Shown piece after piece: positions 1-11,491 of a stretch of DNA of 64,000 bases. The notes under the pieces are model-generated. The model ran no database searches and had not been told where the DNA came from. It worked only from the letters and a program-made list of their open reading frames with translations. How positions within the stretch are numbered: the stretch's first letter is position 1; each line of letters opens with the position of its first letter. The position numbers and the translations under genes were made by a program. Origin of the DNA: Owenia fusiformis (lineage: Eukaryota); NCBI GenBank assembly GCA_903813345.2, contig CAIIXF020000001.1:43462001-43526000 (forward strand), given 5' to 3'.

Positions 1-3000
1 CATGTGCGTCTCCTAGTAATACATGTACTCCAAAGAGAGGTGCTTTTTTGAAAAGAGTAAGTAATAAAGGAAAGCTTCCTTTACCCTGTAAATAGATTAT
101 TTATCACCATTTCCAAACAATGGTGGTTTGAAAGCCCATAGTTTGAAATATTGTCTAGATACATATCCCTTAAAATTTGTATATTTTACATTTTGTATAC
201 TGTCATCCACTGATGTGTGGCCTCTTGTAAATTCACTTATGTAAGAAAATCCTCACTTCAGCTAATCCACTGCTCATTTATTTATTGCTCAGACTGTATT
301 TGATTCAGAGGATTGGGCAAATTTTGAAAATTTTTCTACTATTTAACTTGCCGGATTGACCCATCAGTAAAATATGGATATTTTAGGGCTAGGAATTCAT
401 GGGTTACAATCCAAATATTTTAAGAATTTACACAATGTTTTAGGCTCATCAAGATGCTCTCAAGAATGCCCTTGATATGACCCCCTGGAGCCCTGTCGCT
501 GTCAAGGCCAAGATCCAGAGAACAACTACTCCGTCTCCCTGTCATTATATCCCTGACTGTCCAACCAAAGAAGCTGCATCACAAGCACAGGTTACCACAA
601 AATGTGCCAACACACAAGTCACACAAGTCCAACTTCACTTAACACGTGTGAAGCAAGTCCAGACAACCAAAGTTAATCTCAGGAACGCAGGTAATTGTCA
701 TTACATTTTTACAAAATAACTCAAGTCAACATTTTTCGACCTAGTGGAGAGTTACCATAGTAATAAAAATAAAACATGCGTAAACTCTCTGCACTAATTG
801 TTGCACCTTTAAATAGGAAAAGTGGATCCCCAGATATTTCAAGTACAGTATGTGATAATAATATACATGAGCACACATTTTCAGGTGTCCAAACTTTACC
901 TGAGGCCAAACCTTCAACTATGTCCATCAGTACCCAGACAAATACAATAGACGAGTCATCAGATGAGGAATCAGACGATGAGCCAATGGAGGACGATGCA
1001 ATGGATCCAGACTGGGAACCCAAACCTGATGATTATGACGATGATGAAGACTCTATGACAGAGGATGAAGACTTTGAAGAGGATCATACAATAAAAAGGT
1101 AAATTCGATTTTGAGCACAATGATAAATACCCCCTTTCATTTAGTTTTAATGCCTTGCAATGCAGAGCTTTCATTAGCAGCAGGCAACTAGTGTTTTTAA
1201 AAATGGACACCCATTATCGTATTATGAAAGAAAAAAGTGTGGGATTGCCAAGGATTAATTTTTCTCATTTCAAATATTTTGAGATTTAAAAATCTTTAAA
1301 ATTGAACCCTCCAATGACTGTATCATGTCCCACTTAGGTGGGTATGAGGTAGGAGGTTTTTTATACAAAGCCCAAATTAAATAGAAGTACAGAAGTTTGA
1401 TAATATGATGATTGAAGTAAATTCTCATTTCAGGCAACAGTTTGATGACACTTCTATGTTCATTGTCCAGCTGTCACAGTTAATGACCCTGTTCACTTTG
1501 TGTTTCCACTGCAAAAGCAGTGAAACGTCAGTCATTGTTGATGGAGTTCAGGGTACCATGCTTGGCCTGAGACAGCTTTGCAACACCTGTGGGAAGTCAT
1601 TTCTATGGAGTTCCCAGACTCTCTTCCATGGTATTGCTAGGGGAAATATCTTCCTCTCTGCCAGTATCCTATTCACAGGTACATACATACAATATGTTAA
1701 GGTATTTTATAGTATCCAGACCTGCCAACCTCAAATGAAAAATTAGTGGGAGATTTAAAAAAAAATTGTGGTACTTTTTATGGGAGATTTTTCCCAAATC
1801 TGGTATCTGAGTGTTGAACTTTGATAACTGAAGTTCTCATTTAGAGGGTTCTTGCTGTATTACTCTACAAGGAATTCTACAGATCATTTAAATATCTCTT
1901 GTAGCCTTACATTATTTATGGATTTGATTTTGATTGATTGAAGTACACTATGTGTAGGAGAACAAAAGCATTTACTGTTGATAGATTTCACTACAGAGAA
2001 ATGTTTACTAACACATTCACATATCAATTATGACATTAACAACTGATTATCTGTAATTAAAGGTTCAACTCCAACAAAGACCCTAAGGCAGCTAAAGTGT
2101 TGGGGGGTTCAGGCGTACAGCCGTTCAACATTTTTCTACCATCAGAAGAATTACCTACATGGTGAGCATTAATATCTTTAAATTAATATATAACACCTGT
2201 GTATTCAATAAAAAATGAATGATGTGGCCAAACTTGTTTTAATTTGTTTTGATAGGGCCAGATTCTCTAATTTGATGGTAAAAAACTACCCATAGATAGA
2301 TGGTATTTGAAACTCACTGAGGTTTTTAATTCTCTTTTTTGAAGCATCTGATCTAGTTTACTGCATGATTGAATGTTTGGAAACTTTAATTAGGGAAAAT
2401 GTGAAATTCAAAATTCAGGTGCAATCCGTAGACTATGGAAAAAGCAACAGGAAGTCTTGTTGGAAACAGCTGCAAAATCAGGCATGATCGTAGGGGGAGA
2501 TGGAAGATGTGACAGTATGGGCCACTGTGCCAAGTATGGCTCATACTCGCTCATCGACATGGTCCGGAATAAAATTGTAGCTCTAGAACTTGTACAGGTA
2601 CAATGAAAAAGCTGGTGAATCTGTTGATATGCAGTTTGTGTTTAGCTTGCTTCGTTTACTGTTCAGCTAAAATAATATTTTCATTTTCAGAAAAGTGAAG
2701 GGACATCACCATCGAGCTCCCCTTTTGAATTCCAAGATAGTATACACATTTGTTTCCTATGTCTAATTTTTCAGTCATTTTACTATGTTTAATTTTCAGT
2801 TAAGTGCCACTGCAGAGGATATGCAGTTTGTGTCTAGCTTGCTTCATTTACTGTTCAGCTAAAATAATATTTTCATTTTTAGAAAAGTAAAGGGACATCA
2901 CCATCGAGCTCCCCCTTTGAATTCCAAGATAGTATACACATTTGTTTCCTATGTCTAATTTTTCAGTCATTTTACTATGTTTAATTTTCAGCTAAGTGCC

Positions 3001-6000
3001 ACTGCAGAGGATCTTCTTGAAACAAATTAGAGGTGTGGAATATTTTGTTCATCACCAGCAATAACACTTAAAAATGCTAAATAGTAGTGGTGTCAGGTTT
3101 CAATCGGTTAACTGGTTAACCACCGTGTAAAATTTTAATCCCTATAAATTCCTGCGCTTACATTGCATAGTAATCTGTTTGTTTTTCAAGTAAGTTTTTT
3201 TTACGTAAAACTTGAGGAATGTAAAAAATGAACGCCAATATAACATTTCTTCTAAAAGATTTTTTTCAACATTCAAGATCTCATTTGAAATCATCATGTT
3301 ATATTTCCCCCGGTTAACCGACTTCACCGGTAAAGACACCCAGTTAACTGGTTAATGCTCAAGCAGTTAATTGACAACACTACTAAATAGTCTCCCATAC
3401 ATCCCTTTATAATCTGAGGTAGTTCAATTTTTGGAATTGAACTTAATCCTCATAATCATTGATTCATGGAAGTTTCTCCCTGTTCATATTTCTTTACCTG
3501 ATGATTTTCAGAAAAATGAAGTAGCATCCTCCAACCACATGGAACTTGAAGGCCTGAAACGGTGCAAAACTTCCCTGGGAATGTCTAAGGTGAAGGCATT
3601 TATAACGGACCGGCACATGATGGTGAATAAGTGGGTTAGGGAGTGCTGGAAGGGTGTCAAACATTACTTTGACATATGGCATGTCTGCAAGTCCCTGAAG
3701 AAAAAACTTATGAAATTGGCCAAGAGGGCAAATGGTACGCTAGTAGGAATTTGGCTGAGAAGCATAATCTCCCACGTCTATTACGTGGGGGCAACATCCA
3801 ATGGTAGGTGTATATACAACGGATCAAGTAACTTTTGAACATTGCCTCACTTTTATGAACCAACTATGTACATTTAGATTATTTAGATATCCCCTAAATT
3901 GTTTGAAATGAACATTTACAAGTTTTGTAATGGGAATAATAAAACTGTTCACTTTTTTTAACAGTTGCATATTTCAATAGACTAGATGCGAGTAGAAATA
4001 ATCTTGATTTACGTCATCAAAAATTCAGTCAAACTGATGTCATATTTGGAATCTACATGTAGAATTACATCTAGAAATGTGGTTTTGAAAAGAATTTATC
4101 AACTTTGAAAATTTAATTTTCTTTGAAAATGTGACTTCTAGGTCGGGGAGATTCCCCATAGAGCCCATGTTGTAAAATCACAAAAAGTGAAATATCTTTT
4201 CTTGTGTTGGGCAGATAATATTTTCTTTTACTGGGCATATTTTAATTTGTATAAATATCAGATACAAAAGGGTAATATGAAAAGTGAGCAACTAAAACTG
4301 ATGAATATTCAAGTTTAGGGAATTTTGTAATACCCCACCATGTTATTTCCCCCAACTCAGCCACCTGGTGGCGAAACTTGTAACTACCTACTCGCATCTG
4401 AGTAATTGGCTTCAATTCCTTTTTTTATTTATTTATATATTTCTTCAATTCCTATCACACATGAACATTTATTTTCTATCTATTTCAGGGGATAAAGAAT
4501 TGGCCAAGGAAAAATGGGTTGCCATCACCAACCATCTAATAGATGTCCACAAGCACAGGGGACATGTCCATTTTAAAGAATGTGACCACCCATTAAACTA
4601 TGCTAGGACCAAGGATTACTTTACACCAGGTAATCAGTAAAAATCTTTTCCATTTCCATCCACAGTCTATGTTGCACCTTTAAATTGGCGTTCTGGTCTT
4701 GGATTGTGATATTGGTTCTTGAACGGTGGGGGAAAGGGGGTATTAGATATTGTTTCTTTTCATGTTAGATCATGGTTTTGAGATATATGGGGTTTGTTTT
4801 TCTCATCTGGCATGCACTTAGCATTTCTTTTTTCTTGTTGAGTTCCATTGCAACTTTTGCTCCTTTCCCTTTGGCACTTGTGCTTAGATATATATATGTT
4901 AGGAGGCATAATACTTTATGATGCAATTGATTATCCATCTAAATATTCATAGTTTCATGAAATCAAAAGATCAGCGCATTATCAAGATGTTTGATTTGAA
5001 GCAGTCTCAGTATTTTCAATTTTTTTAGGTACTGAAGTATATGAAGACCTAACATCTTTGCTTATGAATAGGAAGCTTGTGAAGGATATTTCGAGAGTGT
5101 CTCCATGTGGCCAAACAGCATCTTTGGAGGGGTACCATGCTTTGGTATGCCACTTCGCCCCAAAAATGTACCACTTTGGCTATGAAGGGATGAAAAGCAG
5201 GTAGGCCTAACAATGTTTCTCAAGTGTATACAGTTTGGCAGAGAAAAGAAATTTCATTAAACTATGTTGTTAACCCTTAAATGGTTAGGGGCAAAGATCT
5301 GCCCCCCCCCCCCCCTTAATCGTTATTCTCTAACTGTTTAAGGGCAAACTCTCATTAAAATGAATTTGAAAATTTGATATCTCCTTTCTTGCTGTATTGT
5401 TTTGAAACTCATACCCTGGTCTAAGTACTTTCACAAAGGTGAGCGGTGGAATTCAATATCTTTAACAGTGTAAAAGTCCAAATATTTTGGAATGTTAAAG
5501 TTATATGTATCAATACAATAGCCAGATTTGCCCAAGGTTGTTTAACTTTTCCACAAATTCTAGAGGGAGTTGATTTTGGACAAGTTTTGCCCTAAATGAC
5601 ATGACAATTGCTCATAATGTTTGAAAAACTGCTACGAGTCTGCAAATGTTGTATAATTATTTAAATACTAATCATTGGTTAATGCATTATGACTTTTTCA
5701 GACTTCAACTTGCTGCAATTCACTACAATGAGAATGCGGGTAGAGCATATGGAAGGAAGAAAGATGGTACTATCAAACTTAATTTGTTCTACCCAAGGAA
5801 CAAGGTTCACGAGGCCACTGTGAGAGAAGTCAGATCAAGAATGACATTCAGTAGGTAGCACTCTGAAATGCCCTCGCAAAGTTACTCTAGATTGGGTTAA
5901 TTTGGCGCCCGCTTTAATTTGGCGATCTTGAAAAATGGCGGCCTTAACTCGTTATTTTAAGATTTTTGCTGTAACTGGAAAAATAGTAAAGTGTTTTTGG

Positions 6001-6923
6001 TCATATTTAGTATTGAATACTATAAGCATAGCACACTGTCTAATGACACTTTTGGTAGAAGGCGCCCATTTTTCAAAATGGCCACCATTTTAACATATTC
6101 TACTATAACCCAAAAAGTAGTGGAGCGATTTTGTTTATATTTGGTATGTGAATACTAGAAGCTAGCATACTGTCAAATGAAACTTTTGGTAGAAGGTGGC
6201 CATTTCGAAAAATGGCTGCCATTTTAACATATTTTACTATAACTCAAAAAGTAGTGGATTGATTTTGTTCATATTTGGTATGTGAATACTATAAGCATGG
6301 CACACTGTCTAATGACACTTTTGGTAGAAGGCAGCCATTTCACCATTTTAACGTATTTTACTATAACTCGAAAAGTAGTGGAGTGATTTTGTTCATATTT
6401 GGTTCGTGACTACTATAAGCATGGCACACTGTCTAATGAAACTTTTGGTAGAAGGTGGCCATTTTGAAAAATGGCTGCCATTTTTGCTATTAACTTTCGA
6501 TGGAATTTGCTACACTTTGGCGTTGCTCTTGTCTATTTTCCAGCCTAATTTCATCTATCCAGTTAATCATGCCACCTTTTGGTACTAAGAAGATCCTTTA
6601 CTGGACACATTGTTGTGAATAACAATATTTTGAAATGTGTATCTTCGTGTTTGTTTTGAAGATATTTAAAACAATGAATAGGCCTTAGTGGAACAAAATA
6701 AATTGATAACTACACACTTTTTATTTCAGACTATTATGAAGATCTCATGGCTGAGCTAGCATACCTGCTTATGCATCGGGAAGAGGCCAGACTAATAGTG
6801 AACTCCTTTAATGGCCCCCGACCACTATCACTGGAGGAACCATTCCATGACAAACAGGAAGTGTTTGACCTGCGACAGCCACGGGCAAGGTTTGGAAATG
6901 TGGAAGACCCAGAAGGACAATGA
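1..6923 (+). CDS. Kolobok-type DDD/E transposase, 5'-partial, 11 exons, about 661 aa visible
   Basis: Exons <1-56, 444-690, 885-1098, 1434-1678, 2063-2161, 2419-2597, 3512-3803, 4489-4629, 5029-5200, 5702-5850, 6730-6923. All junctions are GT-AG and phase-compatible, ending at TGA 6921-6923. Motifs: CFHC..CNTC zinc ribbon, GDGRCDSMGHCAKYGSY, ITDRH, HYFDIWH, NH..H..CDH, QTASLEGYH...FAPK, LAAIHYNEN. Confidence 0.9.
2627..3010. repeat. Near-perfect 192-bp tandem duplication in a transposase intron
   Basis: GATATGCAGTTTGTG...GCCACTGCAGAG occurs twice head to tail with few mismatches. Confidence 0.9.
3085..3382. mobile_element. hAT-type MITE in a transposase intron
   Basis: TIRs TAGTGGTGTCA...TGACAACACTA; 8-bp TSD CTAAATAG at 3077-3084 and 3383-3390. 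Confidence 0.85.
3984..4399. mobile_element. Unclassified non-autonomous element with 12-bp inverted repeats
   Basis: AGATGCGAGTAG (3984-3995) and CTACTCGCATCT (4388-4399); internal palindrome GCCACCTGGTGGC at 4360-4372. Exact ends are uncertain. Confidence 0.5.
5900..6540 (-). mobile_element. Partial copy of the ~121-bp tandem-core element, opposite orientation to 27570-28971
   Basis: Same repeat unit in reverse complement. TTCGATGGAATTTGCTACACTTTGGCGTTGC is the reverse complement of the 5' end of the 27.6 kb copy. Confidence 0.8.
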
Positions 6924-8129
6924 ACATTAGACTGTACACAACATTGTACACAAGTGTTAACAGTGGTGATTGTTCAGGACTTGATTGAATGAATGATTTT
7001 ACAACATTTCAGACTCGTTTTGTAAGGGAATGGAATGTTACATTTGACAGAATGGAGTAAAAAGGTAGTAATATGCCATTTCATCAACAAACACAAGTTG
7101 ATATTCTCAGATATTCTAACTTAAACCAACAGATTTTTTGTGGGATCATTCCATCATATAGTTCACAGTTACCATTTTTAATAATGGATTTTCATTGGTG
7201 TCATTTGCTAGTTGAGTTTATACAAACAATCAATTCTAAGGGAAGGAATGTAAGGGAATGGAATGTTACATACAAACAATCAATTCTTCTCTAAAGATCA
7301 TCTTTATATTTTAACTATCATTCTTCAATTCCAATAAATGACTGTTAATGTAGTAAGTCGTGTAAAAAATGGTATTGTCATTCCTTGAACAAATCTGAAT
7401 AGTTGTGTCTTGGTGACCATGCATGAAGTGGTAAAAATCATATGATATACATTTAAAATGTATGATTGATCGACCCGACTTTTCTCACCTGCATTTTCAT
7501 TTGTGTGTTATAATCTCCCTAAAAGGTATTCTGAACCCACCTTTCAGGATTCAGCATTTGTAACAAGCCTGACAAATTCAATTGTCGTTCTTCATTCATG
7601 TTAATGGATATAAAAGATTGATTTGGAGGGAACCATCTTCAGTGTGTGTTCTACTGTACTTCTGGTAATGTTCGCTTGCTACTATATTTTGACATTTTTG
7701 AGCTTTTTTTTTAATTTCACAGCATTTAATTTTCACAGATTTGTGACTTCTCACAATTGTATTAATTAAAATTAAAATTCTCCCAAAGCTCAAGAAGCGC
7801 GAAATATAGTAGCAATATTGTGTTACTGAACTAATTAAGTAAAAAATTAATAAAGAGAAGACAATATTGAATATCTAGGAAATGGTTGTGCTGTCATTAT
7901 TATTGACCTAGTTATTATATTTTATAGTCCCCTAGAATAGGGGAATAGGATGTTGTTTGGCCTTGGTAATGATGCCAGTGTTATTTTGGTGGTGAGCTTT
8001 TGCTTATAATTAGCATAATCAGCTGATAGAAAATTTCTTACCAATAATTCAATTATTCTGTATCAATACATTTCAGGTATAAAGAAAAAATTCATAAATC
8101 TGATTCTCTTTTGTAAGTAATAGTGTTTT

Positions 8130-8240
8130 TTGAGGCAGTTCTCTCTGCCAGTCTTGAAAAAGACTGTGATGTTTTTTAAGGCAGTTGTCTCTGCCAGTCT
8201 TGAAAAAGACTGTGTTGATTTAGGCAGTTGTCTCTGCATG
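8130..8240. repeat. ~45-bp tandem repeat, about 2.5 copies, just past the stop of the ballast-like gene
   Basis: GGCAGTT(C/G)TCTCTGCCAGTCTTGAAAAAGACTGTG repeated. Confidence 0.8.
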
Positions 8241-8245
8241 TCTGT

Positions 8246-8938
8246 TTAGGCATCCCTGAATCCTACGAACTCATATAGCTCCTCAAATTGTTCTGGAGGT
8301 GGATGGTGAGCTCTGATGCAACACACTGCACATGATGGAAGGGGGACCCTGACTTGCGGACCAAGAACACCCCATCCAGCTGAGGCAAGTTGTCTGTAAC
8401 CAATGTGACGCAAGCGCCTGGACAGTTCTCCGTTGAATGGCTGGTTGTACTGCTTACGGTAGGTTTTCCAGGCACTTTCCAAAGTCCACCTATTGATGCA
8501 GAGTCCATGAAAATTAGGATTTTCTGTTATGCATCCTGGAAGGGTAGAGCACTCCCCAATATTTACAGACTCCATGTTCAGTTTGGACATCTGGGGAATG
8601 TGTTTGCAGCAAATGTTCTCATCAGCTATGTCCATTGGTTGGCAGTTGCCACACGAGCACCAGGATTCTAGATCAGATGGATCACCGGGGGGATCATACC
8701 GGTCACTAGGCCTAGATCTAGTTGTGGAATTTTGGCCCTCGGTCTCCAGTTGATTTTTCTTACTTTTTTTCTCAGTAATTTTCTGGGCAGTTCCAGCTTC
8801 TGGCTCGAATTGACACATGCTGACGGTGTTTCCCGAGCTGTATAGTTCATCTTCAAGCTTGGTTCTTTCAGACAGTGATTCGAAGTCTGAATTTACTTCA
8901 GATTCTGAGCTACTTGAACTGGACGAATTATTTCCCAT
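8246..8938 (-). CDS. P2X7 cytoplasmic ballast-like (KolX/nanor-like) zinc-binding protein, 230 aa, intronless
   Basis: Intact ORF with a good Kozak context (gccatcATGG). Motifs: QFEP, WCSCGNC, ENICC, CIT.NPNF...C, RHIGYRQ, WG.LG..VRVPLPSCAV..IR. No P2X transmembrane or ectodomain. Confidence 0.9.
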   Translation of the reverse strand: MGNNSSSSSSSESEVNSDFESLSERTKLEDELYSSGNTVSMCQFEPEAGTAQKITEKKSKKNQLETEGQNSTTRSRPSDRYDPPGDPSDLESWCSCGNCQPMDIADENICCKHIPQMSKLNMESVNIGECSTLPGCITENPNFHGLCINRWTLESAWKTYRKQYNQPFNGELSRRLRHIGYRQLASAGWGVLGPQVRVPLPSCAVCCIRAHHPPPEQFEELYEFVGFRDA

Positions 8939-9124
8939 GATGGCCAGAATTTAGTAACTGGTAAGGGCAAAATTGCATTGTTCTACAATATTTTCTTATA
9001 ATACACTCAATAATGCAAAGTTTTGGTAGATGATCATGATAATATTATTATTGAGACAAAATATACGTTGAGAAGACTTTATACTTTAGAAATAATTGAG
9101 ATTTTATTCGCATCTTGACATAGG

Positions 9125-9400
9125 AAAAATCACTTCCGGGTATGAATATTTTCTAATTCTGGATGTTTGAATCAAATTTACGGTTGCAAATCGCAATCTA
9201 AATAAAATTGAAATGTAAATAGTCAAAGTTTAAACGATTTCAACTTGTTTTAATGCGAAATGGTTTTGTTTAGTGGTAGTTTTTGGAGGGTAAGTGAACG
9301 TTTTTAACTTGCCCAATAACAATTCGAGTCCCGCCTTTGCATACGTCACGTGGTCACGTGTAACAACAAAGTGAGAATTTCACCTACTCAAAACACGTGC
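9125..9400 (-). promoter_or_regulatory. Putative subterminal promoter of the ballast-like gene
   Basis: Locally CpG-rich. ETS-like CACTTCCGG at 9131, tandem E-boxes TACGTCACGTGGTCACGTG at 9342-9360 and a third CACGTG at 9394-9399, 200-460 bp upstream of the ATG. Confidence 0.4.
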
Positions 9401-11127
9401 TTCGAAATAACAGCAAAACGGGACATATTTTTTCTATTTAAAGTACGTTGTTGGTTCAACTTTGTTTTCTGTGTTACCCATACAGCATAAACGAATCACT
9501 AGAAAGGTATTTACGTGAAAAATAAAGTTTAAACTGACATCTTTAAGAAAGATCATGTGGGTACCTAATGCATGAGGTAAGGCTCCCATTCACCCAAGCC
9601 TGCTACAATGTTGAATGCAGATTTATACTGCAGTTGTAATAAAAGTTGAATTTCTATTGACCTTCACTTTATGGAGTTGTAGAAGTTCTATTTCCAGTAT
9701 TCTAATGTTATATTAGTTCTATAGCTTAGTTCTGATAATATTACAAGATACTGTCACCAGAGCATAAAATGTTTCATCATTAAAATAGATTTCATACTTT
9801 TTCTCTCTGGTATCTAAATAATCTATACTACATTTTAAAGAGTTGCTGTGGTAACATGTTTAATTCATTGCTAAATCTTGTGAAAAGTTTAAATGATGAC
9901 CAATGTAGGAATCTATTTACAGGAAATCATGATTAGCTTTTTGCGATTCCAAAGTTCAATTCCAGTAAAAGACATAATTTTCAGCAATGATATTAATATG
10001 GAAATGATTACAGTTCCTGCTCAAATAAAACCATGAGTCATTATACTAATTATGAATGATAACCACTTCAGTAAATTAACAAGCCATTATTTTACTAATT
10101 TTAATGAACAATTTGGCAATTGTAGCATAAATGAAAACCTTTAGTCTACTTTGTGAGCATGTGAATATTAATACATAAAAAAATATCTATACATATGCAA
10201 AGGCATTTTTCTGGCCTTTAAAGAACAACTGCCTACTCTTATAATATAACTTAAAATCATGCTTAATCCATTCAGTTTTTCTATAATATCTCAGTTTAAG
10301 CACATTCTTCTCTCACATTTCTGCTTTCACTTTGTTCACACTCTCTTATTTCTTAATATTACTTTTTTCCATTCAATTCTTTACTTAAAAACACGACATG
10401 TATGATAATACACATTCAGGTAACCTAGTGTAAAAGTAACATATCTGTGATATTTCTGAATACCACAAATATTCAAAATGTTTACTACATGTATTTACAG
10501 TACTACTTGACTATGCTGAAGTACATCAAACCTGTTTATTAGACTGGCAAATCCTCTGACTTTTTCAAAACTGCAGATGCAACTCTTACACACTATTGTA
10601 AATGAATTATGGATTTTGGAAAATAGAACTCTAGTATTTCAACTTTTGACTAAGTGAAGAGGAGAAGAAAGTAAGGTACACTTGTCATTTTCTTAGCTGC
10701 ACGATTGATTTCATTCATGTTAGTCTAGCTACAAGCCCTTGTGTCCCCCCTCCTCCCATCATTACACATCTCCCCTCCCTTGTGTGAAAAGGTGTGTAGT
10801 CAAGAAGTGGGAGGGGGAGGGTGCAGCAGTCACAGCAAGACTACATTTCTGTATACTGGAACCAGAAGTGAGCTAATGATCTCTCTAAAATAGATCAAAG
10901 TATTGAAGCGGGAAACATTCTTGAGTCATGTCTCTTTAGATATGGGAAGATAGGAAGACTTTGTATAAATGCAGGGGACACAACCTGTTATTCAAAAAAA
11001 TTAATTATCCTAAATCGACATGTACCTCTTTAAAAGTTGAGCAGTGAAAAAGAACCACCCACATTGATAACAGTAGAAAAGGCACAAGATGAACTAATAG
11101 AATCTTAAAAGATATGTCTCTAATTAA

Positions 11128-11491
11128 AGGGGCAATAAGGACTGTAGAGAAAATAGGAAAGTTTTTTCATTTTTTCTGAGCTATCAAGGCAACTTTTGGT
11201 TTAACATCTTCTTTGACATACCTATTTTCTTAAAATGTATGGATAAATTATCAATTTCAGCATTAAGAAGTGTAAATTCAGTTCAAAGCTTGAAAAAGGG
11301 GACTTCCACTTTTATATTTTTAAGATCCACCACGTTTCAAGAGGAATATCAGCTAAAATAATGTTTATCTAGGGGGTTTCTTTGTAGATAATAAAAATAG
11401 ATGTTAGTCTTGATGAAATATCCAAACTTAAATATATTTTGACAATGGTCCATGATCGTTGAATGACCCCTCTGCACTAATTATTGCACCT
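11128..11491. mobile_element. Non-autonomous Kolobok-type MITE
   Basis: TTAA|AGGGGCAATAAGGACTGTAGAG ... CTCTGCACTAATTATTGCACCT|TTAA. A solo copy of the same end sits at 786-812. Confidence 0.8.

Larger units (their letters stand above)
1..9542 (+). mobile_element. Kolobok-type autonomous DNA transposon, right-hand part (left end is upstream of the window)
   Basis: Convergent DDD/E transposase and Cys-rich P2X7-ballast/KolX-like genes. A CpG-rich subterminal region ends ...AAACTGACATCT (9542) followed by TTAA (9543-9546), fitting the Kolobok RR...YY termini and TTAA target site. The terminus cannot be confirmed without the left end. Confidence 0.75.

Noticed and set aside
8246..8938. Calling this ORF a P2X7 receptor
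   Set aside because: Only the cytoplasmic ballast-like domain is present; no transmembrane or ATP-binding ectodomain.
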